Positions 1 through 9,300 of a stretch of DNA of 64,000 nt are shown piece by piece (position 1 is the stretch's first letter; each line of letters starts with the position of its first letter). The stretch is from Leptonemataceae bacterium. GTDB taxonomy: Bacteria; Spirochaetota; Leptospiria; Leptospirales; Leptonemataceae. The stretch covers positions 5,728,001-5,792,000 of the forward strand of contig OZ245742.1 of the NCBI GenBank assembly GCA_965227295.1, written 5' to 3'. The translations under genes were made by a program, and so were the position numbers. Below the pieces are notes generated by a model. That model searched no databases, was not told where the DNA came from, and saw only the letters and a list, made by a program, of their open reading frames with translations.

Positions 1-92
1 AACTGGCGCAGTTGATCGCCGAAGAGTTGGGCATTCCGGAGGAAAAAATCACACCGACCGCGCGATTCGTCGAAGACCTGCGGATTGACTGA
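1..92 (+). CDS. C-terminal end of an acyl-carrier-protein-like protein (partial, runs off window start)
   Basis: Frame from nt 3 reads LAQLIAEELGIPEEKITPTARFVEDLRID*, resembling ACP helix I and loop. It stops (TGA 90-92) where the DSL serine would follow. Confidence 0.6.
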   Translation, partial: LAQLIAEELGIPEEKITPTARFVEDLRID

Positions 93-128
93 ACTTGCGC
101 AGTAGGATGATTGGCCGGCCGCGCATCA

Positions 129-734
129 TCAAAAAATGTCGCGCGCGATTTCAATCCAGACCTGCACCGTGAAGAAGAGCACGATCAGCAGCGCATACAG
201 CGCGAAGATGACGAGGCCCAGGAGAACGGTCAGGCCGAGCATGAACGAATACACTCGCAAGAGAAAGAGCCAATTGTTTCCGCGGCGAACGGGATGCACC
301 GATTCCAGCGCGGCCATAACGTCTCCGTGGCGGAGCAAATACTTCGGAACGGAGATGAGCCGGTCGCCGCCGCGGATGCGCAGGATGTGACCCGTGAGCA
401 AAATATCCTGCACATCGTCCCGGTTGATGTTTACGTCGGCCATGCCGTCACAGCGTTGCCGCATTTCCGTATCGTCGATGGTCAGAGTGTAGCTGAAGTA
501 CTTGCGGTGTTCGGTTCGCAGCGAGTGCAGCGACGTCCACACCATGATCAAAAGGACTATGGCCGTCGTAACGCCGGCGGCCATACGGTGCATGTCGAGA
601 CCGAAAGGGATTGCGAGGACTGCGGCGCCGACGGCGATCAAGACGGCGATGACAAAGGCCGCCAGGACCAACACCAGCATGCGATTGCGCATGACCGGCC
701 ACCACGCGGGATCGCTACGAAATTCCTGTGTCAT
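129..734 (-). CDS. hypothetical membrane protein
   Basis: 201 aa ORF with N- and C-terminal hydrophobic segments; starts 21 bp after the kinase stop on the same strand. Confidence 0.65.
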   Translation of the reverse strand: MTQEFRSDPAWWPVMRNRMLVLVLAAFVIAVLIAVGAAVLAIPFGLDMHRMAAGVTTAIVLLIMVWTSLHSLRTEHRKYFSYTLTIDDTEMRQRCDGMADVNINRDDVQDILLTGHILRIRGGDRLISVPKYLLRHGDVMAALESVHPVRRGNNWLFLLRVYSFMLGLTVLLGLVIFALYALLIVLFFTVQVWIEIARDIF

Positions 735-755
735 CGATCCGCCTGTTCAACCTTC

Positions 756-2042
756 TTACGGTTCCACCATCGATCCCGGAAACGTCACCGTAAACACGGA
801 TCCCTCTCCCGGTTCGCTCTGCACGTCGATGCGCGCGCCGTGGGCGTCGACGATCTTCTTTACGATGGACAGCCCGAGGCCGGCACCCTTTTCCCCGGCG
901 GTGGGTTTCGCGCCGGTCTGGTGAAACGGTTCAAACAAAGCCGCCTGATCCTTCACCGCGATGCCCGGGCCCGTGTCACGGACGCGGATGCTCAAACCCC
1001 CGTCACCGTTTTGCGCCGCCACGGTCACCGCGTCCCCCTCGCGGGAAAACTTAAGCGCGTTTACGATTAAGTTGTTCAGGACCTGCTCGATCTTCACGGC
1101 GTCGGCCCGAAGCGCGGGCAGGTTCTCGGGCACCTCGGACTTCAGCACAATGCCCTTGCGGTCCGCGGCAATGCGATGCACGGTCAGGGAGTTATGGATC
1201 ACGTCGCTTAAGTTTACTGAAGATAACCTTAGCTGCAAACGTCCGGATTCGATGGCGGAAATGTCCAGCAGATCGTCGACCAGGCGCAGCATAAATCGCG
1301 AGGACTCGCGAATTTTGTGGAGGATGGGCACGCGGTCCTCCGGGTCCAACTCCGGCAAACCGGACTTGCCGCTTTCCAGCAGCAGCGTGGTGAAACCTTC
1401 GATGACGCCCAGGGGATTGCGCAGGTCGTGGGCGGCCATGCCCAGAAAGCGGTTCTTCTCTTCGTTGAGTTCGGCCAGTCGATCGTTTTGTTTTTCGAGC
1501 TGAGAACGCACCAGGCGCAGGGCCTCGTTCACCATTTCCAGCTCCCGGTTTTTCTGGAGCGCGTTTTCGTACGTGGCGAACAGCAGGTCCAGCATCTGTC
1601 GCGGCTCGGAGCCGATGTGATACGTACGCCCCGCGAAGTAGACCTGGATGCCGAAGTCCGACTCCATGCCGCGCAGGTCCTGGTTGCGCATCATGCTGTC
1701 GATCTGAGAAACGAGAAACTCTTCTTCGTACGGTTTCGTAACGAAACCGTTCGCGCCCACGCGCAGCGCCTCGATAATGTCCTGGGGATCGGAGAGTACC
1801 GTCAACAGGAGGACGGGAACGTCTTTGAGATCGTCGTCGTTTTTAATGCGCGCGCAAAGTTCGAAGCCGTTCATGCCCGGCATGATGATGTCCGAGATCA
1901 CCAGCTCCGGCTTATGCTCACGCATGAGCTTGAGGGCCTCTTCGCCTTCGAAGGCGCAACGCACGGAATGTCCCTGTTCGTTCAGGATCCGCCGCAGCAT
2001 AATTTCCTGAACCTTACTGTCCTCGACGATCAGAACGTTCAT
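756..2042 (-). CDS. hybrid response regulator / sensor histidine kinase (REC-HisKA-HATPase)
   Basis: Start re-assigned to MNVLIVEDS (ATG 2042). Receiver motifs IVEDS, ISDIIMP, FVTKP; H-box AAHDLRNPL; N box NLIVNALKF; G boxes DTGPGI and GAGLGLSI. Confidence 0.93.
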   Translation of the reverse strand: MNVLIVEDSKVQEIMLRRILNEQGHSVRCAFEGEEALKLMREHKPELVISDIIMPGMNGFELCARIKNDDDLKDVPVLLLTVLSDPQDIIEALRVGANGFVTKPYEEEFLVSQIDSMMRNQDLRGMESDFGIQVYFAGRTYHIGSEPRQMLDLLFATYENALQKNRELEMVNEALRLVRSQLEKQNDRLAELNEEKNRFLGMAAHDLRNPLGVIEGFTTLLLESGKSGLPELDPEDRVPILHKIRESSRFMLRLVDDLLDISAIESGRLQLRLSSVNLSDVIHNSLTVHRIAADRKGIVLKSEVPENLPALRADAVKIEQVLNNLIVNALKFSREGDAVTVAAQNGDGGLSIRVRDTGPGIAVKDQAALFEPFHQTGAKPTAGEKGAGLGLSIVKKIVDAHGARIDVQSEPGEGSVFTVTFPGSMVEP

Positions 2043-2130
2043 ACTCGCGCACCGCGCAGGCGACTTTATATGACGCAAAGGGAGTCGCGTCCAGCGGAAA
2101 GACGAACCCCGGGCAATAGAAAAGTTTATT

Positions 2131-3018
2131 CTAAGGACCGGCGTGCGGCTCCCGGAGCTCGCGAAACTGAGCGGGCCAGTCGTGAAAATTGAAGACCTGG
2201 CCTTCGACGCGCACCCGCCGCGGACGCTCCGAATCCAGGTCGGCGTAGACCCAACCGGGCCGATCCAGCTCACCGGCAACGAGCACGCCGTCGTCCGGAA
2301 AGCCGTGGTCCACGGGAGTAAACACGCCGGCCGCGCCCACATTCACGTCCACGGCCTCGGACCAGGCCGCCGTGCCCACGGTCGAAGACTGCACAACGTA
2401 GCATTGATTTTCCAGGGCCCGGGCCTGACAGCCGATGCGCACGCGATGATAACCGGCCAATCGGTCCGTACAGCTCGGGACCAGGATCAGATCGGCGCCG
2501 GCCTCGACCTGGCGGCGCGCGAAGGCGGGAAACTCGCAGTCATAACAAATGTTCACGGCAATGCGACCGAGGGCCGTATCGAAGACGCGCAGTTCCCGGC
2601 CCGCGCTGATGTTCCAGCGCTCGTTCTCGAACCGCGTCATCTGGAGCTTTTCCTGAAAGTCCGCGCGACCGTCCGGATCGAAGAAGTACGATCGATTGCG
2701 AAACGATCCGTCGTCCAATCGCACCGGAAACGAACCCGCCAGAATGTGGAGGCCGTGCATCGTCGCCGCGTGGCGAAAGCATTCCAGGAACTCCGGGAGC
2801 AGTGCCTGCATCGCTTCGATCTGCAACAAGAGCGACGCCCGGGTCCGCGCGTCGAAGAGCGACACCAGTTCCATGCTGAAGTACTCGGGAAACACCAGCA
2901 ACTGCGCTTCACCACGCACGGCCTCGTCGATCCAGGCACGGATCTTCGCGCGATACTCGTCCAGATTTCGAAACGTGCCGATGTCGTACTGCGCCGCGGC
3001 GACGCGCACAATACTCAT
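2131..3018 (-). CDS. carbon-nitrogen hydrolase (nitrilase superfamily)
   Basis: Glu-Lys-Cys triad contexts VFPEY, QEKLQMT, ICYDCEF; ARALENQCYVV motif. Confidence 0.92.
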   Translation of the reverse strand: MSIVRVAAAQYDIGTFRNLDEYRAKIRAWIDEAVRGEAQLLVFPEYFSMELVSLFDARTRASLLLQIEAMQALLPEFLECFRHAATMHGLHILAGSFPVRLDDGSFRNRSYFFDPDGRADFQEKLQMTRFENERWNISAGRELRVFDTALGRIAVNICYDCEFPAFARRQVEAGADLILVPSCTDRLAGYHRVRIGCQARALENQCYVVQSSTVGTAAWSEAVDVNVGAAGVFTPVDHGFPDDGVLVAGELDRPGWVYADLDSERPRRVRVEGQVFNFHDWPAQFRELREPHAGP

Positions 3019-3617
3019 GAATCGGAACCGAGCCTGCGCGTCCAGAATACCATCGGCTTCGCGGATTCGGCCGGCTCATCGACTTCCTTCCAGGCGAAGC
3101 GCGTTTGCAGTTCCGGCCGTTCTTCGTAACCGAAGTGCCGCCAGACCCCGTCCAGGGGTTCGTACTCCGGCGGGCGCCGGGGATGATCGGCCGGCCGCTG
3201 CACGCAACAGAATGCGCACAGCTCAAAACCGCCCAGTTGCCGCGCGTGATTTTCCCGCCCCGCAAAGAATTGCCGGTAGACCCCGCCGCCGCGATAGTCT
3301 TTCAACAGGACGGACTCGCCGCAGTAAAAGACGCGCGTGAGATCGTAGCCGTGTTCGCGAAACGGCGCCTGGAATTCCGCCGTCTCTTCGATCAGCGGCA
3401 ACCCCGTGGAAGCGCCCACCACCGTATCGCCGTCCAATGCCAGAACGGCAACGCTGTTCTCGCTGCGCAGGTAAGTTTCGAGGTACTCTTCTTCGTACTC
3501 CGCGGAGCCGTCGTAGAGGTACGGGTATTCCCGGAAGACCGTTATACGCAAACGGGCCAGATCCTTCACGTAGGGTGAAAGATCCGGCCCGGCAACAGAC
3601 TTGACGTTAAGTGTCAA
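3015..3617 (-). CDS. GNAT family N-acetyltransferase
   Basis: LRITVFREYPYLYDG, VVGASTG, ESVLLKDYRGGGV (motif A); 4-bp overlap with the hydrolase start. Confidence 0.88.
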   Translation of the reverse strand: MTLNVKSVAGPDLSPYVKDLARLRITVFREYPYLYDGSAEYEEEYLETYLRSENSVAVLALDGDTVVGASTGLPLIEETAEFQAPFREHGYDLTRVFYCGESVLLKDYRGGGVYRQFFAGRENHARQLGGFELCAFCCVQRPADHPRRPPEYEPLDGVWRHFGYEERPELQTRFAWKEVDEPAESAKPMVFWTRRLGSDS

Positions 3618-3627
3618 TTTCGCAAAG

Positions 3628-5391
3628 TTAAGCGACGACCGCCGCGCCGGTTTCGGCGCGTTCCATTTTGACCAGGTTCGCCGCGGCGACGCTCAGGCTG
3701 TCGATGTTGTAATCGATGGCCAGGGCCGCGCGGTGCTTCCGCTCTTCGCCTTCGAGTTTCGTCAACGAACGCTCGAAGAGCATGCCCACGATGAAACGCG
3801 TGGTGATCTCCACCATCTCGAAGGCCAGGCGGTCTTTCGTCTGGCGATCGGCGTAACCGGTGAAGAGTTCCAGCGCCCGCTCCACGTTGTCGAACATGCG
3901 CTTGAGATCCGCGGAGGGTTCGAAGCCCGCCATCTGTTCGTTGATGTAAGCGCGCAGATAACCGGTGGGCGACATGCCCGCCACGATACCGCCGATGACA
4001 CCGACCACCTGGAGCTGCGTGGTGCCCTCGTAGATGGTGGTGATGCGTGCGTCACGATAGATGCGCGCGACGTCGTATTCCTCGGTGTAGCCCGCGCCGC
4101 CGTGAATCTGAATCGCGTGCGAAGAAACTTCGATGCACGCTTCGGTGGTGTAGTACTTCGTCATGGGCGTGAAGACGTCGGCGATCTTTTCCCAGCGCGC
4201 CAGGTTCTCGTTCTTCTTCACGTCCCGCTCGGATTGGCCCTCGTGGTTCATGAGATAGGACTTGCGCCATTGATAGTTGTCCACCGCGCGACAGGCTTCC
4301 AGCAAGAGCATGCGCGATCCCACCGTCTCCCGCTCCATGCGATCCAGCATCTTGCGCACGGCCGGAATGTTTTCGATGGTCTTGCCGAACTGCTCGCGCT
4401 CCGAGGCATACTTGCGTCCTTCGGCGAGCGCCGCCGCGCTGACGCCGACGCCCTGAGCCGCGATGCTGAGCCGCGCGGCGTTCATCATGCCCATGGAGTA
4501 CTTCACCAGGCCGTAGCCGGTCTTGCCGATGAGCTTGCCCGGGCTGTTGTCGTAAACAACCTCGCACGTCGGCGAGATATGCAGACCCATCTTCTTTTCG
4601 ATGCCGGCAATCTCCACGTCTTTGCCTTCGACCAGGAAGAACGACAGACCGCGCGCGCCGCTGGTGGACGAGCCGGTGCGGGCCAGCGTAAGAATGACGG
4701 ACGGCATGCCGTCGTAGCCGCAGCCGTGCGTAATGAAACGCTTCGCGCCGGTAATGCGCCAGGTACCGTCGGCATCCTGCACGGCCTTCGTTTGAATGTC
4801 CGGAAGATTGGAACCGTAGTTCGGTTCGGTGAGCGCCATGGCGCAGGACAGTTCGCCGGCGGCCAGGCGCGGCAGGTACTCCTTGCAGAGTTCTTCGGAG
4901 CCGTAGTGTTCGACAATGTCGGCGATGTTGCAGGAACCGACGGCCAGGGCGAAGGCCGAGTCGGCGCGCGCGGCAATCTCGGTGATCATGGCCTGCACCG
5001 TCATGGGCAGACCGAGGCCGCCGAAGTGCCGGCCGAGACCGGTGGGCATGAGCCCCGCCTCTTTCACGGTGTTCATGCAATGCATAAGATCTTTCGGGAA
5101 TGTGACTTTGCCGTCGCTGTATTTGAGGCCCTCTTTGTCCATGCCGGCGGCGCGGGGCGCGACCTCTTTGCCCATGAGTTCGCCGAAACTTTCCAGGACC
5201 GATTTGTAGAACTCAATGCCTTCTTCGACGTTGTTCGGTGCGAAGGCGAGCTTCTCGTCGCCGCTTTCTTTGTAAGCTTTCGCGTCGACATAGTCGTTCT
5301 CGTAGGCCGGCACGATCTGATCCCACTCGATGAGGTTCTGCATGCACAGTTGGATGTCTTCGTTATCGCTGAAGTAGTTGTTCTGAATCAT
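3628..5391 (-). CDS. acyl-CoA dehydrogenase
   Basis: MALTEPNYGS, ITGAKRFIT, EKKMG, REQFGK, QIHGGAGY, IYEGTTQLQ; start at MIQNNYF with purine-rich SD upstream. Confidence 0.95.
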   Translation of the reverse strand: MIQNNYFSDNEDIQLCMQNLIEWDQIVPAYENDYVDAKAYKESGDEKLAFAPNNVEEGIEFYKSVLESFGELMGKEVAPRAAGMDKEGLKYSDGKVTFPKDLMHCMNTVKEAGLMPTGLGRHFGGLGLPMTVQAMITEIAARADSAFALAVGSCNIADIVEHYGSEELCKEYLPRLAAGELSCAMALTEPNYGSNLPDIQTKAVQDADGTWRITGAKRFITHGCGYDGMPSVILTLARTGSSTSGARGLSFFLVEGKDVEIAGIEKKMGLHISPTCEVVYDNSPGKLIGKTGYGLVKYSMGMMNAARLSIAAQGVGVSAAALAEGRKYASEREQFGKTIENIPAVRKMLDRMERETVGSRMLLLEACRAVDNYQWRKSYLMNHEGQSERDVKKNENLARWEKIADVFTPMTKYYTTEACIEVSSHAIQIHGGAGYTEEYDVARIYRDARITTIYEGTTQLQVVGVIGGIVAGMSPTGYLRAYINEQMAGFEPSADLKRMFDNVERALELFTGYADRQTKDRLAFEMVEITTRFIVGMLFERSLTKLEGEERKHRAALAIDYNIDSLSVAAANLVKMERAETGAAVVA

Positions 5392-5541
5392 AGTTGAGCT
5401 CCACTCTCCCTTCTCCGGCGGAAGCGCGTCTTCGCTTCGCGTTACGGTACTATTACGGACATCCAGCCACGCATGTCGAAGTTTGATTTTCAAGCACTTT
5501 TTTTCTTACCGATCGGTCAGGGAATGCTAAAACTACAATGT

Positions 5542-5579
5542 GTCGCAAAAAAGATGAACGCGTTCATTTTTTTTGCGAC
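5542..5579. promoter_or_regulatory. 38-bp near-perfect palindrome upstream of acyl-CoA dehydrogenase (operator-like)
   Basis: GTCGCAAAAAAGATGAACG|CGTTCATTTTTTTTGCGAC: 19-bp arms, one mismatch, no loop. Confidence 0.55.
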
Positions 5580-5645
5580 CGGAACGCGGCACGACAAAGC
5601 TGCGGCGCTCGACGCCTGGATTTACCGGAACCTGAAGCAATCGAA

Positions 5646-6209
5646 CTAAAACACGAACTTCGCTACAACAGCTTTCCCGGTGCTGAGTACCGAAAGTACG
5701 TAAGCCACCGGTTGACTCGAAGAGTTTTGCCCGGCGGCCACGACCACGCCCGCGGAGTCCGCGGCGATGGCCCGCCCCTGGAGGTCGGCCAAACCCTGGT
5801 CCGCGAAGGCGAGCGTCGACGGGTCCGTAGACACGGCGACCCCGCCGCCGAATACGGCGTAGAACGTTTGGTTCGCGAAGGTCATGCCATTGATACCGGA
5901 GGCCGGTCCGGTGGCCGGCGCACTCCAGGTCAGGCCGTCCGTCGAAGTTCGGACGAGCGGCGTACTGCCCCCGCCGCTGGACGCCACGAACAGGCCGTTG
6001 CCGTAGGCCATCGCTTCCAGGGCCAGGAAGCTCACCGGCGCCGGGCATTCGCGCTGCGTCCAGGTCCGGCGATCCGTACTTGTATAAATGCCGCAATCGA
6101 GATTGCTATTCGCCGCTCCGACGCTGACGTAGTGTGTGCAGTCCGTGGACGGGCCGGTGCAGGCAACGGCCGATACGGCGATCATGAACAAAACGAGGGC
6201 ACGCACCAT
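5646..6209 (-). CDS. hypothetical lipoprotein
   Basis: Signal peptide ending AVAC; repeated TSTDxxTW (Asp-box-like) and YGNGLFVA motifs. Confidence 0.7.
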   Translation of the reverse strand: MVRALVLFMIAVSAVACTGPSTDCTHYVSVGAANSNLDCGIYTSTDRRTWTQRECPAPVSFLALEAMAYGNGLFVASSGGGSTPLVRTSTDGLTWSAPATGPASGINGMTFANQTFYAVFGGGVAVSTDPSTLAFADQGLADLQGRAIAADSAGVVVAAGQNSSSQPVAYVLSVLSTGKAVVAKFVF

Positions 6210-6336
6210 CTATTTAGACAGATCAAACTAAATCGCGCTCTTTCTCGCCACACTTTTTAGCACAAATACCGGCTACCCGTGTCGCCGATTTCTCTTGCGC
6301 GATTTTCCGAAACATTCCGAAATCAGCCTGAGAACC

Positions 6337-9300
6337 ATGAGCACAGCCACTTCCGATTCCCCCGAGTCCGCACCGAATTCTACTAATGCAAAGCGCCGAC
6401 CTTCGCGCTGGATCACGGCCGCCGCGGCAGCTTCCGCCGGCCTGCTGAGCGTCGTCGGGATACTTGTCGCCCTGTGGCCCGGCGAACACCTGGCCATCGA
6501 TCTACCGCTGGAGACATTCTCCGAACCGCCCATCTACTCCACCAACGACAACGAGCTCCAGGTCGTACAGGGCTCACCCATCGGCGAACTGAGCGTAAAC
6601 GATCTTACGAAAGAAATCGTCGTCGTGTTCAACAAGCCCATGGTCCCCCTGGCGAAACTCGAAGAAAGTACGCGCGGCGTCTTCAGCATTACGCCGAAAG
6701 TGGCGGGCAAGTTTCGTTGGTACGGCTCCCGGGTGAATGCCTTCGTTCCGAAGGAGCCGCTGCGTCCGGGCACGAAGTACCAGGTCACCGTGGCCGCGGG
6801 CATCAAAGCGTTGAACGGCGCGAAGCTTGACGAAGTCCACGCCTTCGCCTTCGAGACGCCGCCGCTCAAGCTTGTCTCCCATCGTCCGTATCGCAACAAC
6901 ACCATCGAGTACGACTCCAACTTCCAGCTCTACTTCAACTATCCCGTTTCCCTCGCCGATGTACAACGGCGCATCAGTCTCCAGGTGAACGGCAGTCGCG
7001 TGCGTTTTCAGGCGAGCTACGTTGAGAACAAGAGCGAAGATGAGGAACGCCTGGACGTACAGCAACGCGAGGCCCGGCGCGGGGTGATCCTCAAGCCCGT
7101 GGCGAAGCTGCCCCGGGGCGCGAAAGTTCGCTTGAGCCTGGCGAAAGGGCTGCCGCCCCTCGGCGGCAACAAGGGCCTGGAAAAACAGGTCGTGCTGAAC
7201 TACGAGACCTACGGCCCGCTGCGCGCGAAGCTCGTAAGCGATGCGAAGTTCTTTCAAGAACTCTGGGGCCTGCGCCTGCAATTCAACAACCCCGTGAACC
7301 TGAAGGACGTGGCGAAACACGTGCGCTTCGATCCGCCGGCGGAGTTCATTGAACGCGAGGGCGGCGCCACCACGCGCACGTCCTTCGCCTACTGGACCGT
7401 AAAACCTTCGCAGGAATACACCGTCACCATTTCGCCGCAACTCAAAGATCGCTACGGCAACCGCATTACCGGCGAGCGCAGTTTTACGGCGACGACGCCG
7501 CGACTGCGCCGCGAATTTTCCGCGTACGGCGGCGTGCAGGCCATCGAAGCCGAAGCCGGCCTGCGTTTGCCCGTGGACGTGGCGGCCATCCCCGAACTCA
7601 AAGTAAAACTCGGTAACTTCGACGTAGATGATCTTAAGAAATACGTGGCCGGCGGCTACAAGGTGCGGGACATCCCGCATCGTGACGGCAAAGACGTTTC
7701 GTTCACCACGGGCTTCGATGCACTCGATCGCGGTCGGGTCGGCTTTGCCCTCGAACCGCACCTGGAAAACAAACGCGGCTGGACCGCGGTCTCCGTAACC
7801 GGCGACATCGAAGAATGGGACGGGGACATCGCCACGCGTACGAACCGGCGCTTCGTACAGGCCACAGACCTCGGCCTCACGATCAAACAGGGTTCCGGCG
7901 GAGCTTACGCTTACGTACATTCGCTGAGCACCGCGCGGGCCGTGGCCGGGGTCAAGGTGGACGCCTACGACGGCCAGAGCAGCCTCGGATCGTGCAAAAC
8001 GAACGCGGACGGGTTTTGTGAAATCCAGTACCGCGACATCATTCCACCGGACAAGGCCCTCTACGTCGCCGCCAGAACGGACGGCACCGCTGACCGCGCC
8101 TTCGTTACGAAGCGCAATCATCAGGTGAGCATGTACGGGGTCGCGCGCAACTTCGACGCCGAAGCCGCCGCCCCGCGCCTGAACGGACAAATCGTCTTCG
8201 ATCGCAAGTTGTATCGTCCGGGGGACAAGGTGGGCATCAAGGCCGTTCTGGGCATTCGTCGCGACGGCAAGATTCTGACACAGGGCTCCGGCGATCTGGG
8301 CAGCATCAGCCTGAAGATTACCGACGCCGCCGGGCAAACCCTCAAAGAACAGAACTTAAGCGCTTCGAACGAAGGCGGCGTCTGGGCCGAGTTCACCGTG
8401 CCGAAGGACGCGAAACTCGGCCACTACAGCGTCACGTTCTCATCGTCGAAGATCGCCCACAACTGGCGTAATCGCATCCAGGACACGTTTCAGGTCGAAG
8501 AGTTCCGCCCGGTGGAGTTTACCGTGGAAAGCGAGGGCCTGCGCGACGGTCGTTCCGGCGAGATCCTGGACGTAAAGATCGCCGGCACGTACCTGTTCGG
8601 CGCGCCCATGAAAGAAGCGCGCCTCGAGTACACTGTCAACCGCCGACCGAAAAACGTCTACTTTCCGAACTATCCGCGCTACTTCTTCGGCGACGACGAC
8701 TACGGCGATGCCTGGGAACCGCCGACCTTCTCGTACATGACCGGCGGCACGGGCAATCTGAACGCCGCCGGGCGTTACGCCTTTCAACTGAAACTCGCCG
8801 AACTGGAAGGCAAGGGCTTTGATCATAAGGGCAGCGTGGCCGCACCGCTGCGCGTCTACGATCTGGAACTGGAGGCCCGGGTCCGGGATGTCAACGATCG
8901 TACCGTGGCGAACAAGAGTACCGCCGTCGTTTATCCCGGCGACGTGTTGCCCGGCATTCAGACGAAGGATCGGTACCGCCACTTTGAACGACCGTTCGAA
9001 TTCGAGTTGATGGCCGCGAAAACCGACGGCAGTGCGGCCCCGCGTACGCCGGCCACGGTCATCGTCAGCCGCAAAGAATGGAAGACGATTCAGACGAAAG
9101 GCCCCGGCGGCAGTCTTCAGCGTAAGAACAGTTTGGTTCGCACCGACGTTTCGAAAAAGAACGTTACGTTAAGTTCCGATCCGCAGAAGTTTACATTCAC
9201 GCCGGAAAAACCCGGCAACTACACCGTCACCGTCATCGCCGGTCGCGCCTATGCCCGGGTCAACGTCTACGCCTACGGCGGCGGCTACATCGGCTGGAAC

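Noticed and set aside
2043..2342. N-terminal extension of the 528-aa kinase ORF
   Set aside because: Overlaps the hydrolase gene; the receiver domain starts at ATG 2042
3601..5397. 598-aa + strand ORF (likewise 6574-8337, 11284-12369, 61589-62842)
   Set aside because: Antisense shadows of well-supported genes
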